Sequence record: OR805294.1
DNA: 64,000 nucleotides
Strand: one strand, 5' to 3'
The notes under the pieces were generated by a model. That model was given only the letters and a program-made list of their open reading frames with translations. It had not been told where the DNA came from and did not search any database. Below are positions 48,124-57,732 of the stretch, one piece after another; within the stretch, counting starts at the first letter, position 1, and each line of letters begins with the position of its first letter. A program made the translations under genes and the position numbers.

Positions 48124-49494
48124 ATGATTCGTACAATTTTAGACGAAATCGGAAATACTACTAAACGAACTACTAAATTAGCTATTCTAGAAAGAAACAA
48201 GGATAATGACACATTAAAAAAAGTAATACATTTGGCATTAAATCCATTTATTAACTTTTATATAAAGAAAATACCAGAATTCACGCGAACAGATACCATT
48301 CTTACCTTAGAACAAGCACTAACCGAATTATCTGTTCTATCTGATAGAATAAAAACAGGTAATGCTGCAATATTGCATCTAACATATATTCTTTCTAGTT
48401 TAACAGATGACGATGCAAATGTAATTATTCGGATTATTAGAAAGGATTTACGCGCAGGGATACAAGATGCTACAGTTAATAAAATATGGAAGGATCTAGT
48501 ACCTAAGTATCCGTGCTTGCTAGCAGAACCTGCAACAGAAAATCTTCTTAGTAAATGCAAATTACCATATTATTCTCAGATAAAATCGGACGGAACTAGA
48601 ATTAATATTCATGTTAGTAAATCCGGAATTGTTTCATTTTATGGAAGATCGGGTAAATCATACGATTTTAAAGATATTTTAGATGACGCATTTGTTTCGC
48701 TAATTAAATATTTCGACGAAGATATGGTTTTTGATGGCGAATTAATAGTTGTAGATTCTAATAATAATATACTCCCCAGACGGACAGGAAACGGTATCAT
48801 AAGTAAAGCACAAAGTGATACCATTACAGATAATGAAATAAAGAATGTAAGAGCAATTCTTTGGGATTGTATTCCTCTTAGATGTTTTAATGAACATAAA
48901 TGCACTACACCCTATTCTAGTAGATTCGAAAGTTTATCAAATGCAATACATAAATTGCAAGTAGATGATGATTATATAGAAAGTAAAATATATAATACTA
49001 TTTTAGGAAATATAGGGCAAATTAGGTTAGCAGAAACTCGTCTCCTTTATAACAAAGAGGAAGTAAAAATCTTCTTCGACGAAGCAATATCTAGAAACGA
49101 AGAAGGCATAATGGTAAAATGTCCTGATAGTATATGGGAAAATAAACGAAGTAAGTTGGTATTAAAATATAAATCAGAAAAAGTATGCGAATTAATTGTA
49201 ACTGGGTTTAATTACGGAACAGTAGGTACTAAAACAGAACATAAAGTTGGATCATTAATATGTGAAAGTTCAGACGGTAAGGTAATAGTCAACATATCCG
49301 GTTTAACTGACAGCGAACGCGATGATGCAACAGCAAATTTTGAAAATAAATGGAAACATAGCATAGTGAGTGTTATGTATAATGAAAGAATTAAAAGCGT
49401 AGACCGAATGGATGTTGATTCGCTTTTTCTTCCTAGATTTTTAGAAATAAGAACAGATAAATTTGAAGCAGATTCTAGCAAAGATATAAAATAA
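48124..49494 (+). CDS. ATP-dependent DNA ligase (T4 gp30-like)
   Basis: KSDGTR, FDGEL, EGIMVK, WENKRS, LFLPRF. Confidence 0.93.
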   Translation: MIRTILDEIGNTTKRTTKLAILERNKDNDTLKKVIHLALNPFINFYIKKIPEFTRTDTILTLEQALTELSVLSDRIKTGNAAILHLTYILSSLTDDDANVIIRIIRKDLRAGIQDATVNKIWKDLVPKYPCLLAEPATENLLSKCKLPYYSQIKSDGTRINIHVSKSGIVSFYGRSGKSYDFKDILDDAFVSLIKYFDEDMVFDGELIVVDSNNNILPRRTGNGIISKAQSDTITDNEIKNVRAILWDCIPLRCFNEHKCTTPYSSRFESLSNAIHKLQVDDDYIESKIYNTILGNIGQIRLAETRLLYNKEEVKIFFDEAISRNEEGIMVKCPDSIWENKRSKLVLKYKSEKVCELIVTGFNYGTVGTKTEHKVGSLICESSDGKVIVNISGLTDSERDDATANFENKWKHSIVSVMYNERIKSVDRMDVDSLFLPRFLEIRTDKFEADSSKDIK

Positions 49495-49503
49495 GGATAT
49501 TTT

Positions 49504-49665
49504 ATGATAAATGTAGGCGACGATGTTATTATTAAAACCGAATTTGGCGAGACATGCGGCATTGTTATAAAATTTATATCTAATAAAACTATTGCTATAG
49601 TAGAATTAGAAGACGGTAACGAAATAGAAATAGGTAAAGGCGACTTAGAGTTGAGTAATAAATAA
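49504..49665 (+). CDS. 53-aa small beta-barrel (KOW/SH3-like) protein, not in the ORF track
   Basis: Translated by hand: MINVGDDVIIKTEFGETCGIVIKFISNKTIAIVELEDGNEIEIGKGDLELSNK; SD AAGGA. Confidence 0.6.
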   Translation: MINVGDDVIIKTEFGETCGIVIKFISNKTIAIVELEDGNEIEIGKGDLELSNK

Positions 49666-49684
49666 TAAAAAAGGATATATTATT

Positions 49685-50194
49685 ATGACATTACCTTCTT
49701 CAGGTTCTCTTTCTACACAGCAAATTAACGTTGAATTAGGAAATCCACAAGATGCTCGGTTAGATGTAAACGCTGCCGAAATGAGGATATTATGTGGTGC
49801 AGCAACTACAGGGCAAGTAAGTATTGCTGGCGCATATGGTAGAATGCCAACAGGACAATATATATTAACTTCTGCTCAGTTGCAAGCTGCACCGAATGCC
49901 CAATATGGATATAGAGTGTTTGCGACAGGTTCTAAAATAAACAATATTGTTTTTAAAGGATACAATTTAACTATAGTTGCATGGAATGATTACGATAAAG
50001 TGCTAGGAATAGGTGTCGATCAAACTAATGCACCAACCAACTTAGTAACTAATTTCTGGAGTTCTGTAACCGGTTATTTAGGTGCACCAACACAATATAC
50101 TTCAGATTTAGGAGGTAATACAGTATACGGATGGACCTGGAATGGTACAAATCCATTCCCTGTATCTTCGGTTCAAATGGTGCAAATTGTGTAA
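49685..50194 (+). CDS. Probable tail-fibre-associated virion protein
   Basis: N-terminal MTLPSSGSLS..QIN.ELG motif common in phage fibre proteins. Confidence 0.55.
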   Translation: MTLPSSGSLSTQQINVELGNPQDARLDVNAAEMRILCGAATTGQVSIAGAYGRMPTGQYILTSAQLQAAPNAQYGYRVFATGSKINNIVFKGYNLTIVAWNDYDKVLGIGVDQTNAPTNLVTNFWSSVTGYLGAPTQYTSDLGGNTVYGWTWNGTNPFPVSSVQMVQIV

Positions 50195-50224
50195 AATAAA
50201 AGGGCATTGAGCCCTTTTATTTTA
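50192..50224. terminator. Intrinsic terminator
   Basis: 14-bp stem TAAAATAAAAGGGC/GCCCTTTTATTTTA. Confidence 0.8.
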
Positions 50225-50255
50225 TCATAATTGTGTATATATTTTATATATTTGG

Positions 50256-50264
50256 TGTTATAAT
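50256..50264 (+). promoter_or_regulatory. Extended -10 promoter
   Basis: TGtTATAAT 26 nt upstream of ATG 50291. Confidence 0.55.
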
Positions 50265-50290
50265 GTATACAATAACAAGAGAATATTATA

Positions 50291-51064
50291 ATGACACCAC
50301 GTTTAAAAGAATTACTAGAATCACTTATAATTTTAGATACAGAAACTACACATTTAGATACTCGTGTAGCAGAAATAATAGAATTAGGTATAGCGTCTTA
50401 TACTAACAAATGGACTTATAGTAGTGAATTATTTAAACCCAGAGTTAATCATGCGCAAATAACTCCTAAAATAAGTTCTATAACTGGCATAACAGATCGT
50501 ATGGTAGAGGGAAAACCTACTTTTGCCGATGTAGTCGACCAATACAAATCTATTACAAGCTGCCAACTAATAGTTGCACACAATGCTCCGTATGATAAAA
50601 AGGTATTAGAGAGATATAACATAGCATCTAGCACTAATTGGTTGTGTACTTTAAAACTTGCACGATATGCATATCAAACCGATCCTACTTTTGAAGAATT
50701 TAAATTATCTTATCTAAGATATAAATTAATGTTAGATATTCCTGACGATTTCGTAGCGCATAGAGCAGGAGAAGATGCATATATGTGCGGTGTATTATTG
50801 GAACGAATAGTAACTGATTTAGAGTCTAAGAATAAATTAGATAGTGATATACCGTATGCAGATCAACTTATAGAAATATCTAATAAGCCGTTAATGCTTT
50901 CGTCTATGCCATTTGGCAAACATAAAGATAAACCCTTAGATGAAGTTCCAATGGACTATTGGATTTGGGCATTAAATAATTTAGATGCATTAGACGAAAC
51001 AAAACCCGAATATAATAGAGACTTAGCGTATACATTAGAACAATATTTGAGCGACAAGATATAA
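50291..51064 (+). CDS. DEDDh 3'-5' exonuclease (epsilon/ExoX-like)
   Basis: LDTETT, AHNAPYD, CTLKLAR, AHRA.ED, C-terminal MPFGKHK module. Confidence 0.9.
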   Translation: MTPRLKELLESLIILDTETTHLDTRVAEIIELGIASYTNKWTYSSELFKPRVNHAQITPKISSITGITDRMVEGKPTFADVVDQYKSITSCQLIVAHNAPYDKKVLERYNIASSTNWLCTLKLARYAYQTDPTFEEFKLSYLRYKLMLDIPDDFVAHRAGEDAYMCGVLLERIVTDLESKNKLDSDIPYADQLIEISNKPLMLSSMPFGKHKDKPLDEVPMDYWIWALNNLDALDETKPEYNRDLAYTLEQYLSDKI

Positions 51065-51090
51065 AAATGCCCCGTACGGGGCATTTTTAT
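51061..51090. terminator. Perfect 30-bp palindrome between convergent genes
   Basis: ATAAAAATGCCCCGT|ACGGGGCATTTTTAT. Confidence 0.8.
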
Positions 51091-51458
51091 CTATCCATAA
51101 TATTTCCGGGACCATATGGAATATCGTTGTATTGTTTATAACTAGGATCTATTTTTTGGTAAGGCTCAAACGGTAATCCTGCACGTTCTTTTGCCATTTG
51201 TAAACCTCTAAAACCAGGAGATTGTGTATCGTCGTTTTTTGGATGATTATTAAATGGTTTGTTGGCAGGATTTTTCGGAATAGTTTTAAATACAGGAGTC
51301 GGTCCGTCACCTGTCATACCCAAAACTGCATATCTCTTAATCTGTTTTTGATTATTAGTATATAATTCTGGATTGTAAAATGCATCAATGTCAGTGTTTG
51401 CAGCACCGTACAATTCTATATGTGTTTTATTTTCTAGTATTATTTCTTTTATTTTCAT
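51087..51458 (-). CDS. Hypothetical late protein
   Basis: GATAAATA on - strand at 51464-51471; start MKIKEIILE at 51458 preferred over track start 51473. Confidence 0.65.
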   Translation of the reverse strand: MKIKEIILENKTHIELYGAANTDIDAFYNPELYTNNQKQIKRYAVLGMTGDGPTPVFKTIPKNPANKPFNNHPKNDDTQSPGFRGLQMAKERAGLPFEPYQKIDPSYKQYNDIPYGPGNIMDR

Positions 51459-51492
51459 AACAATATTTATCATACTAAACTTTAATTATAAC

Positions 51493-51521
51493 TAGACGAT
51501 GTATAATAACATTGCTATTAT
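51493..51521 (+). promoter_or_regulatory. Sigma70 promoter of clpP
   Basis: TAGACG-17 bp-TATTAT with TG extension. Confidence 0.6.
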
Positions 51522-51554
51522 ATACACAACGTAAACAAACACAGGACTTATTAT

Positions 51555-52226
51555 ATGAGCTACAATTATACAGCACAAGGACAATATCCTACCGAAGCTG
51601 GTTTGATCCCCATGGTTGTCGAAAATAACGGCAACGGCGAACGTAGTTGGGATATTTATTCCCGTCTTCTAAAAGAGCGTATTGTTTTTCTTAATGGTCC
51701 AGTTCGCGACGAGATGGCATCCGTAATTGTTGCCCAGCTTCTTTTCCTCGAATCGGAATCGGCAGAACAGCCCGTTTCGATGTATATTAACTCTCCGGGC
51801 GGCAGCGTTACTGCTGGTTTGTCTATTTATAACACGATGGAATATATTTCGTGTCCCGTTAATACCATCGTGTTGGGCCAAGCATGCAGTATGGGGTCTT
51901 TCCTAGCACAAGCAGGTACTCCGGGGCATCGTTACGTGTCTAGCGAATCCCGCACTATGATTCATCGAGCCAGCGGCGGCTTCGGGGGATTCGGCGGCAC
52001 AACTCAACAAGTTGAGTTAGGAATTGAAGATGCTGTCCGCCATGCGGCAGAACTATCTAAAATTAACAAGCGTCTCACTGAGCTGTATGTTCATCATAAC
52101 ACTGCTGGCAAGACGTTCGACGAATTTATCGAAATTATGAAATTCGACACATTCCTCTCTGCTCAAGAAGCAGTTGAGTTCGGGTTGGCAGACAAAGTAT
52201 TCCGCACTAAAGCTGACCTGAAGTAA
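51555..52226 (+). CDS. clpP: ClpP protease
   Basis: [25 protein letters not shown], triad ACSMG / MIH / FDTF. Confidence 0.96.
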   Translation: MSYNYTAQGQYPTEAGLIPMVVENNGNGERSWDIYSRLLKERIVFLNGPVRDEMASVIVAQLLFLESESAEQPVSMYINSPGGSVTAGLSIYNTMEYISCPVNTIVLGQACSMGSFLAQAGTPGHRYVSSESRTMIHRASGGFGGFGGTTQQVELGIEDAVRHAAELSKINKRLTELYVHHNTAGKTFDEFIEIMKFDTFLSAQEAVEFGLADKVFRTKADLK

Positions 52227-52252
52227 CTATTCACTGTAGCTGGTGATAATTT

Positions 52253-52277
52253 AAGGGGACTTCGGTCCCCTTTTTTT
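52253..52277 (+). terminator. Intrinsic terminator with cUUCGg loop
   Basis: AAGGGGAC-TTCG-GTCCCCTT followed by T run. Confidence 0.9.
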
Positions 52278-52349
52278 GTGTGAGCACTATTTGTTTAAGG
52301 TAATTTAAATAACACTATATAAATGTTGTGTGTAGTGTTTTAAATGCAT

Positions 52350-52378
52350 TAAAAACCCCGCATAATGCGGGGTTTTTA
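52350..52378. terminator. Near-perfect palindrome, probable bidirectional terminator
   Basis: TAAAAACCCCGCAT-A-ATGCGGGGTTTTTA. Confidence 0.75.
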
Positions 52379-52435
52379 GTAATTGTGTTACAGCGCAAAC
52401 ACATAAACATTATACGCTAAATTGTGTTAAAAATG

Positions 52436-52666
52436 CTACTCGTCTATGTAATATTTAATGCGTTGAAATACTAACTCATCATATTCTTTAAATCTTACAC
52501 GGGTTCCTAGCCTAACACATTTGTTTATTCCGAGCTCTGCTACTACATCGATAGCATCTTTTATATTTTTAAACTGTAATTGATTGTTTTTCCAAGAATT
52601 CCAGTTTGTAATATATGTTTTTGCATGCATATAAGATTCGTTGTATGTTTTTTGCTCTTCAGACAT
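52436..52666 (-). CDS. Hypothetical protein
   Basis: 76-aa ORF with SD AGGA. Confidence 0.55.
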   Translation of the reverse strand: MSEEQKTYNESYMHAKTYITNWNSWKNNQLQFKNIKDAIDVVAELGINKCVRLGTRVRFKEYDELVFQRIKYYIDE

Positions 52667-52697
52667 TGTATTTTCCTATATATTAAACGAAAACAAC

Positions 52698-52725
52698 TTG
52701 CTTTTGTATAAAATTATGTTATAAT
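52698..52725 (+). promoter_or_regulatory. Sigma70 promoter
   Basis: TTGCTT-16 bp-TATAAT with TGn extension. Confidence 0.65.
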
Positions 52726-52753
52726 TCTAGCATAATAAAAAGGAGTAAGTCAA

Positions 52754-53011
52754 ATGGATTTTAGTAATCTTCCTAAGAAACAATACACCACTACAGGAAA
52801 CTATGTACAGGCTACTACTATTTTTAAAAATAAAAATACAGAATGGACTTTTGTAGATCTAGAACTAGATTTATCTGATATTGTAAATAAATCTTTGGTA
52901 ATTTGGTGTGATGAAAACGTAGAATCTAAATGGACCATGCTCGGCGGATCTAAATTTGGGTTCGAAGATGGCTCGGAAGCGCTAATGTTCAAATTACAGT
53001 TTGGACTTTAA
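52754..53011 (+). CDS. Small protein of the WCxEN paralogue family
   Basis: WCDEN...FGFEDGSEALMFKL; SD AGGAG. Confidence 0.7.
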   Translation: MDFSNLPKKQYTTTGNYVQATTIFKNKNTEWTFVDLELDLSDIVNKSLVIWCDENVESKWTMLGGSKFGFEDGSEALMFKLQFGL

Positions 53012-53026
53012 TAGGAGCTAATAACA

Positions 53027-53227
53027 ATGATGAGCCTAGATGATAAATTGCAAATTATAAATTCTTCTAGTTTAGAAGATTTGTATATTTTCCAAGAAAC
53101 TTACAGTAAGCTATTAGAAGATAATAGGTATTGTTATGATAAAGATGTTGAAATACTTTGTTCAACAACTAATGAGCGTATTAGGCAAATCTCACGAGAA
53201 TTCATCAACAATACGCATAGATCCTAA
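53027..53227 (+). CDS. Hypothetical protein
   Basis: 66-aa ORF with SD AGGAG. Confidence 0.5.
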   Translation: MMSLDDKLQIINSSSLEDLYIFQETYSKLLEDNRYCYDKDVEILCSTTNERIRQISREFINNTHRS

Positions 53228-53393
53228 TCCCCACACTGCAGAAACATTACACAAACTTATACTCTGGTGTAATGAAAATTGTAGATATAAATGGGAATTA
53301 GATGTAGAACATAATTCAGGTAAAATTACTAGATATATATTTACTTTTAGAAATAAAGAAGAAGCAGTAACATTTGGATTAATACATAAATGA
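53172..53393 (+). CDS. Small protein of the WCxEN paralogue family
   Basis: WCNEN...FTFRNKEEAVTFGL; start uncertain (53136 or 53172). Confidence 0.6.
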   Translation: MSVLGKSHENSSTIRIDPNPHTAETLHKLILWCNENCRYKWELDVEHNSGKITRYIFTFRNKEEAVTFGLIHK

Positions 53394-54424
53394 TTAGAAT
53401 ACCGGAAGAAATTTTTGTAGGAACTAGAATTCCCAATACATCAGGAACACAAAAAACTAACCAAATTCCTGCAGGTGGAATGTGTCCTTACGAAAAAACA
53501 AGACACCAGAAAATGGAGTCTATAAATAGATATTATAAAAATAGCACTACTGTATACGCAAACCAGCCCTTGCCGGGATTTACTATAATTAAATCATCAA
53601 CTTGGCGAGGAAATACTAGTCTGTGGACTGTATGTGATCCTAGAGGGTTTACAATAGAGATAAGCTCAAACAACATTACTTCTATTCTAAGTTGTGGCAG
53701 CATCTCAGAAGGATTAATCCAAGACAAATGTGTGTGGGGATATGATTCTGGTGAAAACGTGTTAATACCGGAATCGTCTAGTCTATATAAATCTGCCAGA
53801 GAAAATACTAAACTATTAGAGTCGAAAATTAAATTATCCGAAGTTCCTATAGGATCTTGGGTGAAATTAAAATCTAAAGTAGAGTGCGTATATCTAGGAT
53901 CATTTAATTTTATAGAACTTTGCGGACAATATTATTATCAAACTAAGAGTCATTCATATGAATTACTATCTACTGCAAAGAAAAAATTGCTCTTTGCAAA
54001 AATAGATAATATTAGTAATACATTAACATATTTTATAGAATCTACAAATAAGATTGCAACTGTAGGTAATGTATTAGACGAGTTTAGTGACAAAGATGTA
54101 AATAGGGATAATTTTAATAAAATTGCATCAGATCAATACACTAAACTAGACAAATACGATTGTATTGTGCCTTTTAATATCTTTGGTGCATTTAACAAAA
54201 AAGTAGAAATAGAAAATGTAAATGTATCTAGTGATATAGACGAACATGCATATTCTATAAAATTAATGTACCACGTAATGGGACATTTTACACTTGGTAG
54301 ACGCAATTATAATTATTATATATTTAAACCGGATGGCACGCATAAATTATCTGTAGAATGGAATTCTAGAAATCCATTGCCAAGTACAACAGAACACGGA
54401 TATTTGAATATTAAATTTAAATAA
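53390..54424 (+). CDS. Conserved hypothetical phage protein
   Basis: 344-aa ORF with DPRGF.IEIS..N motif. Confidence 0.65.
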   Translation: MIRIPEEIFVGTRIPNTSGTQKTNQIPAGGMCPYEKTRHQKMESINRYYKNSTTVYANQPLPGFTIIKSSTWRGNTSLWTVCDPRGFTIEISSNNITSILSCGSISEGLIQDKCVWGYDSGENVLIPESSSLYKSARENTKLLESKIKLSEVPIGSWVKLKSKVECVYLGSFNFIELCGQYYYQTKSHSYELLSTAKKKLLFAKIDNISNTLTYFIESTNKIATVGNVLDEFSDKDVNRDNFNKIASDQYTKLDKYDCIVPFNIFGAFNKKVEIENVNVSSDIDEHAYSIKLMYHVMGHFTLGRRNYNYYIFKPDGTHKLSVEWNSRNPLPSTTEHGYLNIKFK

Positions 54425-54900
54425 TGAACATATTAGATAAAAAATGGAAAACCAGGTTAATAGAATTAACTAAATTAATAGCGTCTTGGTCTAAAGATCC
54501 ATCTACTAAAACGGGTGCATTAATTGTAACTAAAACCGGAGAACCTGTTAGTTTTGGGTTTAATGGGTTTCCGAAGGGAGTAGATGACGACGAATCTCTT
54601 TATAATAATAGAGAGTTTAAGTTATTAGCGTGCGAGCACGCAGAACGAAATGCAATATATCAAGCTACTGTATCATTAAAAGGATGTGTTTTATATACAA
54701 CTCATCATCCGTGTGCATCTTGTGCAAGGGCTATTATTCAGTCCGGAATAACACATGTTATAATAGACGAATCTATATTAATACAAGACACTGGATATAA
54801 TGACCGATGGACAGAAGAATTAAAAGTATCTAAATGGCTATTTAATCAAGCAAACGTAACAGTATTAACGTCAGGGGATGACAATGAGCACAAACAATAA
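54424..54900 (+). CDS. dCMP deaminase
   Basis: SKDPST, GFNGFP, HAERNAI, PCASC. Confidence 0.92.
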   Translation: MNILDKKWKTRLIELTKLIASWSKDPSTKTGALIVTKTGEPVSFGFNGFPKGVDDDESLYNNREFKLLACEHAERNAIYQATVSLKGCVLYTTHHPCASCARAIIQSGITHVIIDESILIQDTGYNDRWTEELKVSKWLFNQANVTVLTSGDDNEHKQ

Positions 54901-55285
54901 TTATACTAAATTTGTACAGAAACTACTTAGTGAACCGAGTTCTAATTTTGATGCATATATCGATGCACTAAAAAAGCTCAAAGCAAATGGCTGTAAGATA
55001 GAAACATTAGATACTGCAAGCCAAGGTATGCTAGCAGAATCGGGTGAATTTGGGGAAATTGTTAAGAAACTTAAATATCAAGGAAAAGAATATACAGATG
55101 ATGTAGTATATCATCTAAAACGAGAATTAGGCGACGTAATGTTCTATGTTGTTTCGGCTTGTATTGCACTCGATATTTCCCTAGATGAAATAATTGGCAT
55201 GAATGTAGAAAAACTAGAGGCACGGTATCCGGGAGGAAAATTTAATGTCTATGAATCCGAAGTTCGGAAAGAATCCGATATATAA
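54878..55285 (+). CDS. MazG-like NTP pyrophosphohydrolase
   Basis: AESGEF.EIVKK, ELGDVMFY, N.EKLEARYP. Confidence 0.88.
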   Translation: MTMSTNNNYTKFVQKLLSEPSSNFDAYIDALKKLKANGCKIETLDTASQGMLAESGEFGEIVKKLKYQGKEYTDDVVYHLKRELGDVMFYVVSACIALDISLDEIIGMNVEKLEARYPGGKFNVYESEVRKESDI

Positions 55286-55682
55286 CAATATTTATAAAGA
55301 TATAAGTGGTCAAAGCGACGTATCTAGTGATCCATTTAAATTATATAATAATCCGTTAATGACTCATTTTGATGTAGCAGAACACATATGTTTTGTCAAA
55401 ACAGTATGCGGAAGGATTGTACCGTTATGCAATATATTAGAACTTTCTGAAAAAGTTACAGTCGATTGCGACGTAGGAATTGTGGATATAATCTCAGATA
55501 ACCAAGCGCAGCTTTATATAAATTGCAAAACACAGGGAGGATCTGCATGGTATGGTGTTGATGTGTCACCTGATAATTATAGAGAATGTTTAGGTGAGGA
55601 ATTCTATTATAAAAATTATGCTATAGTGAAACATGCAATTATCTTGGCTTGGACAAAATATATGTTGCAACATGCGCGATAA
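55245..55682 (+). CDS. Hypothetical protein
   Basis: 145-aa ORF; start uncertain. Confidence 0.5.
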   Translation: MSMNPKFGKNPIYNNIYKDISGQSDVSSDPFKLYNNPLMTHFDVAEHICFVKTVCGRIVPLCNILELSEKVTVDCDVGIVDIISDNQAQLYINCKTQGGSAWYGVDVSPDNYRECLGEEFYYKNYAIVKHAIILAWTKYMLQHAR

Positions 55683-55729
55683 TAATATATTATAAGTACA
55701 AATCAACATAACTACCGGGTATCGACGCA

Positions 55730-55999
55730 ATGTCTACGAACAGCAATGCCAAGGATGTTAAGTTCGAAATCGACTTCGACGACGTTGAGCAGTTTAATAA
55801 ATTTGTTTCTTTTATGAACAGTCAGTTTGGTCATGGTAGAAAAAATTGGTCGGCAGGATCGCCGCGGTATTCTATTAAACGGATTCTCTTGCAGCGTTCT
55901 GCCCGGTTTGTTAGAACTAAAAAGCCGTTTCCGGTTCGTGTGTACAATACCGACATGGATGCCGAACATATTCTTGTTCTAATAAAACTTTGTTTATAA
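55730..55999 (+). CDS. Hypothetical protein with distinct codon usage
   Basis: 89-aa ORF rich in C-ending codons. Confidence 0.65.
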   Translation: MSTNSNAKDVKFEIDFDDVEQFNKFVSFMNSQFGHGRKNWSAGSPRYSIKRILLQRSARFVRTKKPFPVRVYNTDMDAEHILVLIKLCL

Positions 56000-56274
56000 T
56001 AAAAGGTAAGGGAATGAAAGTATTAGTCACGGAAGACTCAACAATAATACCACTAAACACAATTGCTGAAGTTAAGTACCAGAAATCCACGGAAGAGTAT
56101 GTAGTTTCTTTTATATCTGGAAAAATTAGAATAGAAATTCTAACAAAATATGGGCGTACTCATATAGTAAATTTAAGGGATCAATCAAATATAGATGCAT
56201 CATTTGCTAATGCTAGTGATGAAATTATTTATAAAAAATTTCTAGATTCGTGGATTTTGTCACTGAAACCTTAG
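55990..56274 (+). CDS. Hypothetical protein
   Basis: 94-aa ORF; start may be ATG 56014. Confidence 0.5.
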   Translation: MFIIKGKGMKVLVTEDSTIIPLNTIAEVKYQKSTEEYVVSFISGKIRIEILTKYGRTHIVNLRDQSNIDASFANASDEIIYKKFLDSWILSLKP

Positions 56275-56507
56275 GCAACTTTTTGAAAAGAAAGATGCTA
56301 AAAATTACAATTAAATCTGATTATAATAATACAAGAAAAATTAGAAAATGGCTATTTACTGAGTTTAGAAATGATATAGGGTGGCACGACACGTTTAAAG
56401 ACGGAGAACGATACGAAGTATTTTATTTTAATTCACCCGAATCTGAAATAATAGCTAGGATAAAATACCCATATATATTTATTAATGGAATATCAGAAAG
56501 AACATGA
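56250..56507 (+). CDS. Small protein, distant member of the WCxEN family
   Basis: KW...W...FYF pattern. Confidence 0.5.
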   Translation: MDFVTETLGNFLKRKMLKITIKSDYNNTRKIRKWLFTEFRNDIGWHDTFKDGERYEVFYFNSPESEIIARIKYPYIFINGISERT

Positions 56508-56839
56508 AAAAATTATATTCCGATTATTTAGTATCTGAAGATAATCCCTTGATGTACATGAGCACTAAACCTGTTTATTATAGTAGATGGTCGCCTGCTT
56601 GTAAGGATTACTCTAGTGATGAAATAGATTCATATAGAAGAAAAATAGATAATATAATAAAAGAAATGCGCCGGACTTCTGAATTTGTTGGTGTAGCTGT
56701 AGATGCCAATGACTTCAAATATATTGCTTTTAAGAATCACGACGATGCTGTGTATTTTACATTAAGTGTTGGGTCTGAATTTACTAGAGTATATGTATGG
56801 CGCACTGGTTTACTTTTTCATATAACGACAAATGACTAA
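56504..56839 (+). CDS. Hypothetical protein with family-like C-terminus
   Basis: IAFKNHDDAVYFTL. Confidence 0.55.
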   Translation: MKKLYSDYLVSEDNPLMYMSTKPVYYSRWSPACKDYSSDEIDSYRRKIDNIIKEMRRTSEFVGVAVDANDFKYIAFKNHDDAVYFTLSVGSEFTRVYVWRTGLLFHITTND

Positions 56840-57134
56840 ACACTGGGACCTATCAAAGTATTCTGTAGATATAGGCGGCGAAGATGGAAATGTATTTTTC
56901 CTTGTGGCAAAAATAAACCGAATAATAAAAGAATTATATTCTACAGAAGATTCTATAATATTTACTAAAATGGCTTGGTTTAAAGATTATGAAGCCATTG
57001 GTATCGATGCGAAACCGACATACTCAGACATACTAAACAGAATTATAGAACTTACAAATATTACCTACATTAGTACATATAAATTGCCACTAGACGACGT
57101 ACATTATACGCTTTATACTACGCATATACTTTAA
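56832..57134 (+). CDS. Hypothetical protein
   Basis: GEDGNVF motif. Confidence 0.55.
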   Translation: MTKHWDLSKYSVDIGGEDGNVFFLVAKINRIIKELYSTEDSIIFTKMAWFKDYEAIGIDAKPTYSDILNRIIELTNITYISTYKLPLDDVHYTLYTTHIL

Positions 57135-57156
57135 TAACCGCCGCTGGAGACATGCA

Positions 57157-57657
57157 ATGGCAACTGTGAACCAAAAAAATACTTCTGTAAATGCCCAAGC
57201 TACCGATGCAAATGCAGATCCACTAGCGCACCGCAAGGTAATCGGGGAAAAAGAGAAAAAAGCTATTGCTCGTAAAATGCGAGTATTGCGACTGAAATAT
57301 TTTTTCGCCGAATTAAAGGAAAAAATTTGCAGTATTCGTTTTACTAAACATCATCTAATTCATTGGCGAAATACTATGTGGCTCAACGCTGCATTTTTTC
57401 TCCGCGGCTTAGTAGGGATTATGACCTTCGGCCTTGTTGAGTTAGAACTAACTGGCAAACCGTCTACTTACCGAGCTGTTTCTGCTGCTGTGCTCCGAGA
57501 GAACCTGGAGCGACAGCTAGCAGAGACAGAAGCATATAAGTCCGGAGAACAAGTCCTAGTAGGTACTAGTAGTTCGGATTCAAAACGGCAAACAGTTGCC
57601 GATGCGAGTGAAGATGAGTTGGACGACTGGCTCAAGCACTTTTCCGGACGCAGCTAA
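57157..57657 (+). CDS. Hypothetical protein with one hydrophobic segment and distinct codon usage
   Basis: SD GGAG, visibly higher GC than neighbours. Confidence 0.65.
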   Translation: MATVNQKNTSVNAQATDANADPLAHRKVIGEKEKKAIARKMRVLRLKYFFAELKEKICSIRFTKHHLIHWRNTMWLNAAFFLRGLVGIMTFGLVELELTGKPSTYRAVSAAVLRENLERQLAETEAYKSGEQVLVGTSSSDSKRQTVADASEDELDDWLKHFSGRS

Positions 57658-57672
57658 GACCTGCATAGTTGT

Positions 57673-57712
57673 AAAAGGGCACTTGACAAGTGCCCTTTTT
57701 TTGCCATATAAT
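57673..57712 (+). terminator. Intrinsic terminator with overlapping sigma70 promoter
   Basis: Stem AAAAGGGCACTT/AAGTGCCCTTTT; TTGACA spans the loop (57683-57688); TATAAT at 57707. Confidence 0.8.
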
Positions 57713-57732
57713 ATAGGAAAAGGAATTTCTAT

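Noticed and set aside
53027-53393. Programmed frameshift joining the overlapping ORFs 53027 and 53136
   Set aside because: No evident slippery site; a later start (53172) explains most of the overlap
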